In this document: piece after piece, positions 13,201-24,722 of the stretch
Position numbering within the stretch: the first letter of the stretch is position 1
Layout: every line of letters starts with the position of its first letter
Assembly: GCA_036172245.1 (NCBI GenBank)
Contig: JAYWIR010000005.1
Coordinates: 2,604,001-2,668,000, forward strand
Reading direction: 5' to 3'
Length of the DNA stretch: 64,000 nt
DNA from: Raillietiella orientalis
Lineage: Eukaryota
The notes under the pieces: model-generated
Database searches by the model: none
The model's input: the letters and a program-made list of their open reading frames with translations, nothing else
What the model was told of the DNA's origin: nothing
Program-made: the position numbers and the translations under genes

Positions 13201-13949
13201 ACTTGTTCTCCGGAAGGGAAAACCGAAAAAGGAGAGAGGCTAAAGGAAGTCTTCCTCGGTTCCCCGCGAGGAACGCCAGGATTGAATTTTGAAACCGGAA
13301 CGGGAAGCGGACTCCCCCTTGGGTTCGCTTGTCGCGTAAACTTTTGCCCTTCCGCTTCTCAAAGCTGATCCACTAGGCCGTTCCCACAGGAAAGCTGGCC
13401 CACGTTCCATGCGCTGAATCCTGGCGCACTCCGAGGGACCTACAGCGAGTTTTGCAAACTCGGCAGGAACCGAAAGACGGGGTCTCCCAGAGGTGCAACG
13501 AGAAGGCCGGCCGGAAGTCATCTTCCCGAGAACGTCCCTTCGCTTTTTCGCTTGCGAATGCCTTCTTACCTCCCTCTTCCGCTTTCCCGGAACAGACCGT
13601 GCCGTGAAAGTCTGCTCGAAGAAGTGGATCACGGCTCTCGAAGCGCGACGGGGAAGGAGACTCGAAGAAAGAGCGAGGTCCGATGCGAAAAGCACCTGGA
13701 GAGAAGCAGAAGTGCGCCACGTGATCACACCTCTTCGTTCCCTGAGATTTCAGGAACGCAGAAGCCGTCACGGGGAATTCCATCATCGCCACGGAGCTCG
13801 CACTTTGGGGGCCGCGTTGCTGCCGGCTGTTTCGAGCTGACTGCAAACGTGAAGCGTCGGAAAGGAACCACACGACCCACCCTCTCCCTAGCGGCGAGTG
13901 ATTATCGCAAGCGGCAGCAGAAATCCAACTAAAGACAGCGTGTCAGCGA

Positions 13950-14750
13950 GCGTGTGGCCACACGATCTCCTCTCGTGGAAGCAAGCGTCGCGGGTTCGAA
14001 TCTCGCCCGGAAAAGGATCGACTCCAGAGAAATGGGTGTGCGTGGTGGGTTTTGAGTCCCCTCCCCTTTGCAAGAGGTCTCTGGTTGACCGATGGGCTTC
14101 GGGTGTGGCGGTACTGGTGGAATCCGGAAACCCTTGGATGCTCCCGTCGACCGGCCGGGATTGGATGCTGAACCTCCGGGTCCTTCCAGAACATCAAGGA
14201 TTCGGTTCTCTTCCGGTTGCGAGAAGGGAGTCATCCTCCATCTCGCACCGTGGAGCTGTTGGATTGATGCTACCTCTCCAGAGTATGTAGAAGAGCTCTA
14301 CTCCCTTCCAGAAGCGACCTTTCAGAGAAAACCAGGAAGTGTCCCTCTGGGGTTCTCAGCGGAGAGGTTCTCCTGCGGGTTCCCTCCGGAGAAGAAATGA
14401 GCAGTGACCTCCTCTGGGGGACTTCTACGAAGAGAATGAGGAAGAGGTGGTTCCCTTCGGAGGTAACTAGGGCAAGGGTTCCCTCCCGAGAGTAAAGGGA
14501 ACGGACTCCTTCCTTCCTACTAGGTCTTCCAGGATTCATGAAATGGTCCCCTCCCGAGGCATTCCCTGTCTTGAAGAGCCACACACGCGCCCAAGGGTGT
14601 CGTGGAACAGTGTCAGAGAGCTTCCCGAGCCCCTAGGCGAACGGTCCTTCAGCACTCAGCGGACCAAAAAGGGAGAACACGAAAAAAAAGGAAGAAAAGA
14701 AGGGTGGAAGGAAAACGGCGAAACAGGAAAGAACCCAGAAGGATTCTCAT
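13950..14750 (-). repeat. Interspersed repeat family 2, copy 1 (possible LINE 5' UTR plus ORF1 start)
   Basis: Clear nucleotide similarity to 39665-40620 and 50635-51960 (e.g. gagaatgaggaag, gtggaacagtgtc...gagccctaggcgaacg). Conserved minus-strand ATGAAT start at 14539. May extend further left. Confidence 0.75.
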
Positions 14751-14754
14751 TATT

Positions 14755-15230
14755 TTAGGCCGGATCAGTAGTAACGCTCTCACCCGTGTGGTCGCTACTA
14801 GACTTTTTCAAAAAATAAAAATAGAAAATAAAAATGAAAACGAAAGGCAGCAGCGATCCCCAAACCATATATATGGCTTGGTCACTCGCGGGAATTTCGA
14901 TGGGAGGAACATCCGTGAGGAGGTTTGCGGCAAGGACGTGCTACACGGAGAGCTACTGCTCAAGGGACTGGCGCCCCTGGCTCGGTCAGCGGAGAATGCA
15001 CTCTCTCTCGCAAACCTGTTGGCATGGTGATCTGATTGTAGGCAATGGGGTCAGGAATATGACCGATGTAAGCACCATGAGCAGCAGCAACAGCAGCAGC
15101 AGCCATGTGGGTGCCGACGGGAATGACCTCGTTGCAGGAATGCTTTCTGCACCGGAACAGCTTTTGTCCCTGTCGGAGAAAATTTCTGACGCTCAGTCCT
15201 TGCAGATGATGGGCCAAACTTTCTTTCTCC
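14755..15230 (-). mobile_element. Probable 3' end of another L1-clade LINE
   Basis: Minus ORF contains ESLAHHLQGLSVRNFL, resembling the zf-RVT pattern ET..HL...C..V...W. It is followed by an Ala-rich hydrophobic stretch like the ORF2 C-termini of copies A and C, a T-rich tail and a hairpin (tagtagcg...cgttacta). Confidence 0.4.
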
Positions 15231-18200
15231 TTTTCTTTTCTTTTCTTTTTTTTTTGGTTTAAAAAAAGAAAGAAAGAAACCAAAACCACCACCTGCAAAA
15301 TGTTGCACCGGAGAAAAAAAAAAAAAAACTGACTCCTCAAAAAATGAAAAAAAAATTCATCTCTGAATGATAAATTTAGAAAACATCTGGAGAAGAAACA
15401 GGGTCTCTTTCCTGTGTGGAATAATGGAGGAGAAAGGAAAAAAAAAAAAACTTTTACTTTTCCTCTCTATTTCTTTATTGCTTCCTCCTTCCCCCCCCCC
15501 CCCGCCTCCCTCCTTTCCTCCCTTGCTTACCCCGCGGATTATCTAGCTGTGCCTTCCTAATTAAATACTCCAGCAGTGCCTTGCATTTTATAACGACATT
15601 TCTGCACTTCGGTACTGATTACGCGATTCGGCGTCAACAAGCATTTGTACGAAAGTGAGCCAAAGTTCAACAGTCGTCTGCCAAACGCGTATTTGAAAAA
15701 AAAAATCCATTCTGGGAACGTGGCTTCGAGTGACGGAGAAATAGCATCTTGAGCGCATTCCCGTTCACTCCGAAATAGCAGGGCAGGAGGTGGTGGGGGC
15801 GTCGAAGACGCATCCTTTCCTTTCCTTTCTTTTTTTTTCACGTTTCCGAAACCACTTGACGTCTCGTTGCTATCGCTTCTCCGACGTTTGTTTTCCACCT
15901 GCTGAATTCGCTGACCTGACCCGCGGAAAGGTCTCTTGGATGCTTCACCGCAGGTACAGGGGAACCCTTCCTTTACGTTCCTCGAACAAATGACTTCAGG
16001 AAAGAGGGACCACATTGAGAGGAAGAAAGATCGCATTGATGCGAATGCGTCCACGATGCTGGAACACTGCTAGCAGCTTCCTAGTCGCAGGGAGCCTTGG
16101 AAAACAGCATCCAAAAGAGCTTTTGAAGCGAACCGTATCCACGAGAACGGGATCTTTCCGCTGTCGCGGGACGCAGCGGCGCGCGCGCGCACACTCACGC
16201 GCATGCGGGAAGCTTCCCGCTTGCGCTCGCAGATGGGGCTGGCCGCAAGGTGCGCGAGCCCCGTATCTCCACGCCGTCATACCTCTGGAACGTAACCGTC
16301 GATGCTGCGCAGGTGGTTGCAGGAGCGAAAGTGGCCGGAGCCGGCGATCCCCGCGAAGCCGCCTTTCCTTCTTGGGGGTGCGCGCGAGGTACGCACGTCC
16401 TCCCACCGGCAGGGTGTCGTGCTCTCGGGTCAGTTGGCTATGGAGCGAGGGAGCACGGAGCGCTCTCCGTACTCCTCCGTACTTCGTGCTTCCGCTTTAA
16501 ATCCCCTCCTCCCCGCGCGTTCTCCGGAGCCAATCACGCGCCTCCCTCCATTGACGACAAGGCCCGCCCGCCACGTATCCAAAGCAGAGGGGCTGAAGGC
16601 AGCGCTAGCAGAAACAGCGAGCGGAAAGAGTGACTCTTCGCCAGCCCGAGGCGGCGGTGGTGTGTCCGAAGGAAGGTCTCCACGGAAACGCGCTCCGTTT
16701 TTCCTTCTTCCCTCCCCTCCCCACTCCTCCCTTTCCGGATTCTGATAAGCTACCATGGAGGGCGTACCCGCCGCGCTCCCGGCACCGGGAAACGGGAGCA
16801 GAGAGAACCAGAGACACAGCCAGCCGAAGGCGTGATGGTTTCTACGGTCGCGGGGCGCGCGACCCGCTCGGCGACCAGAGAGATTGCCGCCTACCGGACT
16901 CTCTGTCCATCGAGCCCTCCTCCTCACTATGATCACCATCGCCATCCTCGGTCTACGGAGAGGGAAAAAGATCGCCCGGAAGCCGGAAGAGATGACGCTC
17001 GAGGTGGCTCCTTGCTCCCCAGCCTCGGCAGCTGCCGCGGCGGAGAAGCGGACGCAGCGAGGATTGTCCAGTCTCCCGCTCGGATGTTCGCAGGACGCGA
17101 GGACCGGCAGCCGTCCCTCTGGTTGGGGTCTCCCCGCCCCTCCTCTCCCCCTACCATTAGCTCGAAGGATGCCTCCCACGCACTTTCCCCCTCCTCCAGG
17201 AGGACCCCCCCCTGTCCTCCGCGTGCTCGGACGCCGGATACGGCCGTAGCCTGGACCTCCTCTGGGTGCACCACGGTGCAACGGCGCTCAGAACCACCTG
17301 GTGGAGATCCCGAGACCGACATTTCGAGGTCCAGGTAACCTCGGGCGGTCCGGAGGCACCGACGTACTGCGATGTGAGCGACCACAGCAGGAAGAATGGA
17401 CAATGCCAAACAGGCTCCCTGGGATGTCACCGTGGGGGAAGTGATGGAGGACGAGGGACGGCAGGTCCACCCTTCCCATCCCCACGGGAGGAACCTCCGA
17501 GGGGGCACCCAGTACCTTCCCCTCCCCCTCTGGCTTTCTCGGATTCTTCCCGACGCCCCGGAAGCCTTTGGATGGCACACGCCGCTTCAGAAGGAGATGG
17601 GCGAGAGACCCCGGGAGAAGAACAGGGATGATCCGGTATCTGCGCCTTCCTCAAGGACTCCAGCTCCAGCAGGACCTCCTTGGTCCGCATGATCCAGGTC
17701 AGGGAGCTGTCGCGCCGCGTTGGCCGGCGGCGCCAGTCACGTGAACGCACCTCGCGAGCGACCCTGAGGGTTTCCGGCCATCCGTGCTCCTCCTCCGACA
17801 GCACACGAAGCCCGGGGGCAGAAACTCGCCTCCTAGGCAGCCAGCACGCGCGCGGACGAGTGGACAAGACGCCTCTCTTCCCCTCCCCTTCTCCCCCTAC
17901 CGTCTCTCTCCCTCTCACCTCGTTGGTTTGGTGGGGTCTCCGCTGTCCCCCTTCCGGCTTGCGCTCTCGGGCGCGTGTCTTCACCCTCCGGGGAGCGCGA
18001 CCCCTTCTGAAAGAAGCAGGAGGGTGCAGGGACGAGGAATGAGGGCACCCTGCCCTCCAGGACGCTCTCAGAACGTAAAGAAGGCGCTCAGCGTCTCTCC
18101 CGGCATTCCCAGGGAGGCGCGGCTCCCGCACGCAAAGCGGGCGGGAGGCTCCGTGCAGAAACAAATCGGGGCAAATCCCTGAACCGGACGACCTCCTGGA

Positions 18201-20349
18201 GAGCTCTGGTGCTCCGGACGCTAGCTGCTCCTTTCCTCCGGCCCTGCTCTGCTCTGTTACCTGCCGGGCGCCGGAAGAGATCCACTTGTTCGGGACGCTG
18301 CGCTGGAACTCCTCCCCTCCTTGCTCCCTGTGCCATCTGAGATGGAAGGGAGGCGAGCCGTGCAGTACGGTAGAAAGAGTAGGAGGAGAAGAGGAGGAGG
18401 TGGAGGAGGGGAGGAGGTAGAAAAGGAGGGGAAAAAGAGAGGAGGAAGGGGTACGGCGTCACGTAGCCGACCCACGTGCCATTCCTCTCAGGCCGTTGCC
18501 CAGCCAGGAAATAGCCGAGGGCGTCCGTCAACCGAACCCGAGCGTGTGACGTTAGCACCCGGAGTGGCTGCCCCGGTGAACGGACGTGGAGCGTTCGGGT
18601 GGGCACACGCGTGTCCCACGCGCGTGCCTCTGCCGCGCTTCTTGCTTAGAGGATGAGCATCCCAAGGCTGACTCGCCCACCGCCTCAGGGCGTAGCGAGG
18701 CGAGCCACCCAGCTCACGAAGTTGAAGGGGAGATCCGGAGGGGAATCCAGAGCTGCTCCGGGCGGGATGAGACGGGCGCGACTCCTCGAGAGCAAGAGTG
18801 CGGTTTCCGAAAGGTCTGGGTGGTCTCTTTGCCTCATGTGCCTCTCACAAAGACCCCTTTCTCCCTGGTCCTTGCTCTCCCTCCCTCCTCTTCTGTCTCC
18901 GGACCTCGGGATGGCCTGACATCTGGAGAGTCGTCCTTCCTTGCCCATCGCAAAGCTGTCCGCCGGTCAGACTACGTTCTTCTTCGGGAAAGGCAGGTCA
19001 ACGCGCTCTTTCCGAAGAGAGTCCTCAGCCAGTGTCTTCAGGCGGAAGGTGCGCCGTTCTTAAGCAATACGGGAACACTCGCCGTGATGAATGCGAGGGC
19101 GCGGGAGACGTCGTGCTGGCGACACGTCTTCTGCGGTGCGTTACCTTCGAGCGCTCCTGTGCCGGGCGAGATCTTCCCGGGATATCGAACGGCGGCCGCC
19201 TCTTCGATCCAGAGCGCCATCGAGCGTGACAGGGGCCGCTACCCCTGCTGTCCCCTGAGAAGGGAAGCGGGATGGCAGATCGAGAAAGCGAAAGTGACCT
19301 GTCGAGGCGATGGAGTTTTCGAGTGCCCCGGTCCCACTGCGTGCGAAGGTGCAGTAGCACGCGAGACGCCGTGCCCCTAGCCAATGCTCCCAGACGCTCG
19401 CACTCCGAAACGGCATTCTTCTTTTCAGGACAGGGGTCAGAAATCTGCATCCCCTTCTAATTGTTTGCGCTCGAGTCCCCCATCCGCAGTAGGTTTTTCC
19501 GATCTGCTGCCTCGAAATTCTTCCCCCATGCTCGCCTCCCCTGTGTGTTTGTTGCTTCTCTTCCATGTCCGCAGGCACCAGCACTCAGAAAGTTTGAGTG
19601 CTGGTGCCTCTCCTGGAAGTAAACTCCTGCGGGATCCAGCCGAAGAGCAGTGTGCGGACGCCGGGAGCAGACAGGCAGCTCCCGAAGGGGGTGCGTGGGT
19701 GGTTGGGAGGAGGCGGGATGGGGACTCCCCTTCGTTCCCTCGCGAAGCGACCGAGGGCGCGCTTCCGTCCCGATGCCAGCCACTTGTGGGTTTTCTCCTT
19801 CCGCCCGATTCCGGGAAGCAAACAGCCCGCGGCGGCCTTTCGCCTTCCTCGCTTCCCACGGGGACTTCGGGCGCGGGGAAAACGAAGATTAGAACGAAGA
19901 TGACGTCTTACCAGCTGGAAACAAAAATAATCCCCCTCGGAAGTGCATTCCGTGCTGGAACCTGCGAAGGTGATGATGCTTTTATCAATCGTTGCTCCCG
20001 TCTCCGTGATACCGGGGAATATTTTTGGCCAGGGAGCATCTGCGCTGACCTTATTTTTGGACCCACCGGCACCGTAGTGGCAGTCGTCTTGATCGGAGCT
20101 TTCGCGCGCTTATCTTTTATATCAGAAATTTTCTACACACGTTTTTAAGAGCAGCATCCTTATCTCGCGTAATACATTATTAGATAAAATAGATTGATAC
20201 TGGAAGTGTAATGTCGCACTTACAATCGCGCGTTAATTTATTACAAAGACTTCTGAGATGATAAAGGTCGTTTGCAACTTATCAATATTGGACTCTTTAT
20301 AAAAAAAGAAAAAAGAAAAAACTTATCGCTGGGCGATGTGTACGAGTTG

Positions 20350-20591
20350 TATATATAGCTTTCGCGACCAGGCATCGGGTTTAGTAGTCGAAAATTGTTG
20401 TTTCTTCTGAACCCCACTCGACGGATGCACCGCACGCCGCACTACCTGCGACTGCAAAGGGATACGCTCGCGCCCCACAGGCGGAAGAGGACGTAAGCGG
20501 CTGACGCAACAATCGCCCGGCGCCATTGTTGAAAAGAACTTTTCCCCGGCGGGCCCTCTGAGCAAAGTGCCGGAAACAGAAAACGGACAAG
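20350..20591 (+). promoter_or_regulatory. Candidate core promoter and non-coding 5' exon of the myostatin-like gene
   Basis: TATATATA at 20350-20357 and an arthropod Inr-like TTAGT at 20381-20385, about 30 nt downstream. Strong donor AAG|GTAAGA after 20591. Matching acceptor (polypyrimidine tract, ttccag) ends at 21270. Confidence 0.5.
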
Positions 20592-20601
20592 GTAAGACTG
20601 C

Positions 20602-20698
20602 TGTGCGTGTGCGTGCGCGCGCGCGCGCGCGCGCGCGCGTGTGGGGTGTGTGTGTGTGTGTGTGCGTGCGTGTGTGTGTGCGTGTGCGTGTGCGTGTG
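20602..20698. repeat. Compound (GC)n/(GT)n microsatellite
   Basis: Alternating purine-pyrimidine tract including (GC)12 at 20615-20638, with one GGGG interruption. Confidence 0.95.
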
Positions 20699-20849
20699 GC
20701 CGCGGCTCGTGGCCTCTCGACTCCGAAGAGTGCTTGCGTGTGTGCGCGTTTTTCATTGCCGTACATCCCCCGCCGCCCCAGTGTCCAGGAAGTGCCAAGG
20801 GCTCCAAGGCGCGCGCCTTCTCGAGATGCAGCTCAAAGCCTCCAACATG

Positions 20850-20880
<31 letters not shown>

Positions 20881-21437
20881 GAGGGGGGCATCGTCCGTCC
20901 GCGCGCGCGCTCTGCAAGAGGAGACCGTGGACCCCCCGGAGGGGGGGATCACGCGCGCATCGCAGAGGGGAAACACTCAGACCCTCGACTGCAGCGTGTG
21001 TCCCTCGAAGGGCCAGGAAATGTTCCGAGAGGCACCGGCGCTCAGAACTCTTAGCCGTGCCTGGATCTCCTCCATGTCTTGCGCGCGGAACCAGGGAAGA
21101 AAGCTGCACCCGCCGCGAGGATCAACTCGCATTCGCGTCCCTCTTGAAAGCGGCGAACTGGGCACGCGCCCCTCGTGAAATTAAGACTCGCCATGCAGAC
21201 GTCTGGAAGGCGCCTTCCGTGGTGACTGGGATCGTCGTGATTTTATTTTATTTTGTCTCTCTCGTTCCAGGACAGTCAATCCCTGAATACGAAGAGATCC
21301 CGACGAACAGCTTCCGAAACCCCCAGAAGAGAATTCATCCGCAGGAATCCGAGTCGCAACATGAACTCTTTGACTGCTTGACTTCCAGTTTCAAAGTATC
21401 TGAGTGCAAAGGGGAAAATCTCAAAGTGCGGAAGAAG

Positions 21438-22257
21438 ATGTTGCGAAACAAGCAGAACACGTCGTCTGATCAAGACTCCTCGCTGCCAGCCCAGAGCCTG
21501 AAGAGTGCCGCCTTCCAGCTGACCTGCCTAACCATTGCGGCTTGTCCGAATCTGAACAAATCCGAGGGAGCCAGCGGCCAGTTCCGAGTGATTCCTCGCA
21601 AAGACGTTAGCAAACCCCACCACAGAAAAGCTCCGAACCCTAGCAATGACTCGCGCTGCAACCCTGAAGCTTGCAGAATCTTCCTGTGTGATAAAACAGA
21701 AACGTTCGTGCCTTCTCTGGTTCGACAGGCGTGTCACGTCCGCTCCTGGATCAGGAACTCTCTCCTTCCCTTATGCTTCTTGCTTCTACTACAGATGCAG
21801 CTACTGCAAGCGGCTCACATCTCCAACTCTGGAAACGCCTTCGACGTGAGCGCCAAGAAACCCCGCCAAGTGAGCGGACAGTCCGAGGCGGTCTCCGTGC
21901 GCCACCATAGGCAAAGCCCGAACCAGCATCACGTCAAAAGCGAAGAAGACTATCCGGACAGCAGCGAAGAAGACTACGACGAGGATTACAATAATCAGCA
22001 GCCTCAGGCTTCATCCAACTGCACATGGTGCCAGTTCAGAGAAGAGGTGAAGAGCTTCCGCATACAGGAAATCAAAGCGCACATTCTGAAAAGCCTCGGA
22101 ATCAAGAAGACACCCAACATGACCGGCAGACCCACGCTGAAGCAGCAGATCCCTAGCCTCATAAACCTCATGGGGATGCAGAAAGAAAGCGCTCCTCAGA
22201 TCGAAGAGGACGAAGAAAGAGTCAAGACCAAAAGGGTTCTGATTTTCTCTCAAGAGA
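21438..22257 (+). CDS. MSTN: Myostatin/GDF11 (myoglianin)-like TGF-beta precursor, coding exon 1 (N-terminus, hydrophobic segment, prodomain start)
   Basis: NCTWCQFREEVKSFRIQEIKAHILKSLGIKKTPNMT matches the myostatin prodomain CxxC/latency helix (vertebrate CNACTWRQ...RIEAIKIQILSKL...PNIS). Donor A|GTGAGT at 22257/22258 (phase 1). The start ATG at 21438 is inferred as the first in-frame ATG after the 21270 acceptor. Confidence 0.85.
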
Positions 22258-23453
22258 GTGAGTAAAACTGTTTTTATGGTTTCCTTTTTTGTGTGTGTGC
22301 GGTGTGGCTGATCGGATGAAATCTTCTCGAAAGTTCCTTTATCGTCGAGACAGGTTTTGGATCCTCAGCAGACAGCGATCCAGTTCGATAAGGCTTCACT
22401 TTGAATACACTTAAGAGCGCTTCTGACCAATGGCTTCCCCCTTCTACCACCGTATCTTTAGAGAAAAAAAACAAAACGTTAGCACAAGCTCAGCTGACAC
22501 AAAACACGACGCTCACAGCTGCTACTCGACCATTTTTTTTCCTACTAGGAATGCCACATTCTTGAAACAGTGCTTATATCATATAGGTCGTGCAGATGTG
22601 ACCGGAATCCCCCCATGCCTTCTCCACCAGAAGTCACGTTTGTTATAATCAGATACAGTCTAAGGCCTGCACGGCAACCGATCCTTACGGCCCATGCCGT
22701 TGACACATGCTCTTGGCTGGCGCTGCAAATAGTCAACATCAGCAACGGAGCAGCGTCTTCCATAAGAAACGAGAAACAGCAGCGCGAAATCCTCGAACAC
22801 TGATACCAAGTCATTAATTAGGGTCGAAGAAGAACGCACTTGCCTCGATTGTCTTTGTATTTCATTTTTTTTTTTTTTTTTTTGCCTTTCTGGAATGCTG
22901 AGGTACAAAAAGAGCGCAAATTGGGTATAAAGTCAGGTAAATGGGGGATTCCCTTTTCTTTTTGGTCTTTTTTTTTGTTTTTATCTTTCGCTTATTCCGG
23001 GTTCCATGAGATTCAAGAAACTCCACCAAATAAGCACTCTTTTGCATATCCTCGAATTCAAATGCTCTCGAAATTTAAAATCTTTCCGGTTGTCTGGCGG
23101 TGGCGGTGAACTACCATCGTGTCATGACAAAAGCGCGAAATTCGTGAGAAAATCCCAGCGTCCGGTCGTCTGGGGACCGCGGCGCATCCAAAATTTTTGG
23201 ATTTGAACGTGCGTTCATCTAAATCCCGAACGCGTGATAGAGAAGATGCCCAAAGATCCAACGCTTCTTCTGGGGGGCTTTGATTTGAAACACCAAAGCA
23301 GACATCGAGCTGCAAAAACGTGAAAGACCAAAACAATCAAATAAAATATCGCAACGCACGTCAGGCGCAAAGAATCGCCAACGACTGTCTTTTTAAACGT
23401 CCTCGACTGTCGGAAACCCAGTCGCTGATTCCCCGTTCCCTGTTTCTTTCCAG

Positions 23454-23857
23454 ATCCCCAGCTCAACCCCATATTGAAAAGATTCAATGTTCAGTTCTTC
23501 AAGATATCTCGGAAAGTGACGAAAGACAAAGTGGCCAAAGCCAACTTGTGGCTTTACATGAGGGTGAACGAGGCCCTCAACCCCGTCAAGATCCAACTGT
23601 ACAACGTGGACATCGAGAAGCACCAGTCCCCGACCCTCACCCAAATATCCGAAAAATCCACAGAGAGGTATCTTCAGTCGGGCTCTGCCAACTGGGTGAC
23701 GGTGGACGTGAAGAAGGTCGTTTTGGACTGGCTGAGGGAAAACCCTTTCAAAGAAGAGTTCTGTCTGGGGATCCAAGTGAAGGATGCCCACAACACCCCG
23801 TTTGACGAGGACAAGGTGGTCATATTATCGGACACGGAAGACAAATCCAACACCATG
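23454..23857 (+). CDS. MSTN: Myostatin/GDF11-like precursor, coding exon 2 (prodomain)
   Basis: Acceptor tttctttccag| at 23453 is frame-compatible with phase 1. FFKIS...VAKANLWLY...WVTVDVKKVVLDWL...LGIQV is a TGF-beta propeptide pattern. Donor ATG|GTAATG at 23857/23858 (phase 0). Confidence 0.92.
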
Positions 23858-24547
23858 GTAATGAAACTCTCTTTTTTCCCCTTTTTTTGCATGCTTCCAA
23901 CATGGGCTTTGGCGAGGCTTTCGAGTAAAGGATTGGGTCTGCTCTCCCTGCGAAATCTTCCCACACGTTGAAGCGAAATTCCACTCCGCCCGCAGCGCAT
24001 CTTCGCGATAAGACTCTTTGGTTCGAGCCACGCTTCTCATCTCAGAAGGTCCCGCGAAGCCACCTCGTCCTGAGCCGGAGCAGTTGGTCAGCACTGAGCG
24101 AAAGAATCCTGCCACAAGGAGAAAAAAAAAAAAAAGTTTCTCAAGGCAACCGCTTCGCGTCGTGGTGTACTTAGGTCGACAACGATGAGGATGAATGACG
24201 GTCCATCGATAACCATCATCCACCCATTCGAGGCGAATCCGCTGCAGTTTGTTAACCTGGGGCTCTTTTGCCGCGTGCTCCCTTCGGGTTGGTGGCCATT
24301 AACCGGCGCGAGCAAAGCACAGAGGGGGAGGAGGAAGAGTCGCAGCTTCTTTTTTTCGGGGCGTAAATTCTCCCTCCTCATGCAGATTGCTTGCCGGCGC
24401 GCCGCTGTCGAGCTGCTGGTCCAGTGATCCCTCTATCCTCTTCTATCCAGCTTGCCCTCGTTCCTTCGAGAATTCAGGTTTGCAAAGAGCACTCCCGACT
24501 ACGAATGCGAAGACAGCCGCCGCGTTCCTTTTCTTGAAACTCTGACA

Positions 24548-24722
24548 GCGGAAAGCTTCCAGAACTTTCCCTTCTAGCATCGTCGTCAGATTCTTTTGCT
24601 CTTTGGGGCCTCAAGTCTCCTTTGTGACCGCGGCTTGGAGATTTGAACTCCGAGACGCCAGCTGTCGGCCATCCGCTCTCGTTCTTGCTACGCAACCCGT
24701 CTAGGGGCTAGGTGGCAGCCCC
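24548..24722. repeat. Repeat fragment in intron 2, with a direct-orientation copy at 26675-26845; probably part of an old minus-strand LINE 5' region
   Basis: Shared blocks ttccagaac..ttccc.tctagc.tcgtcg, gtgaccgcggct.ggaga, gctgtcggccatccgc.ctcg and gcaacccgtct. The adjacent minus ORF (24088-24381) has an APE-like FILIVVDLSTP...RNFF. Confidence 0.65.

Larger units (their letters stand above)
15600..21200. promoter_or_regulatory. CpG/GC-rich region upstream of the myostatin-like gene, with a CCAAT / CRE-half-site / GC-box cluster
   Basis: Visibly high CpG density compared with the AT-rich right half of the window. CCAAT 16530-16534, TGACG 16552-16556, CCCGCCC 16563-16569, CCACGT 16571-16576. 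Confidence 0.5.

Noticed and set aside
15079..15102. CAG repeat as polyQ/polyS of a host gene
   Set aside because: Better explained as the Ala-rich stretch of a minus-strand LINE ORF2 end; no splice context.
16015..20148. Many 100-280 aa ORFs on both strands
   Set aside because: Arg/Pro/Gly-rich translations with no recognisable domain, as expected from stop-codon scarcity in GC-rich DNA.
20607..21270. 5' part of the 552-aa ORF as myostatin coding sequence
   Set aside because: Open only because it runs through a microsatellite and GC-rich sequence. It lies between a good donor (20592) and acceptor (21270), so it is probably intron.
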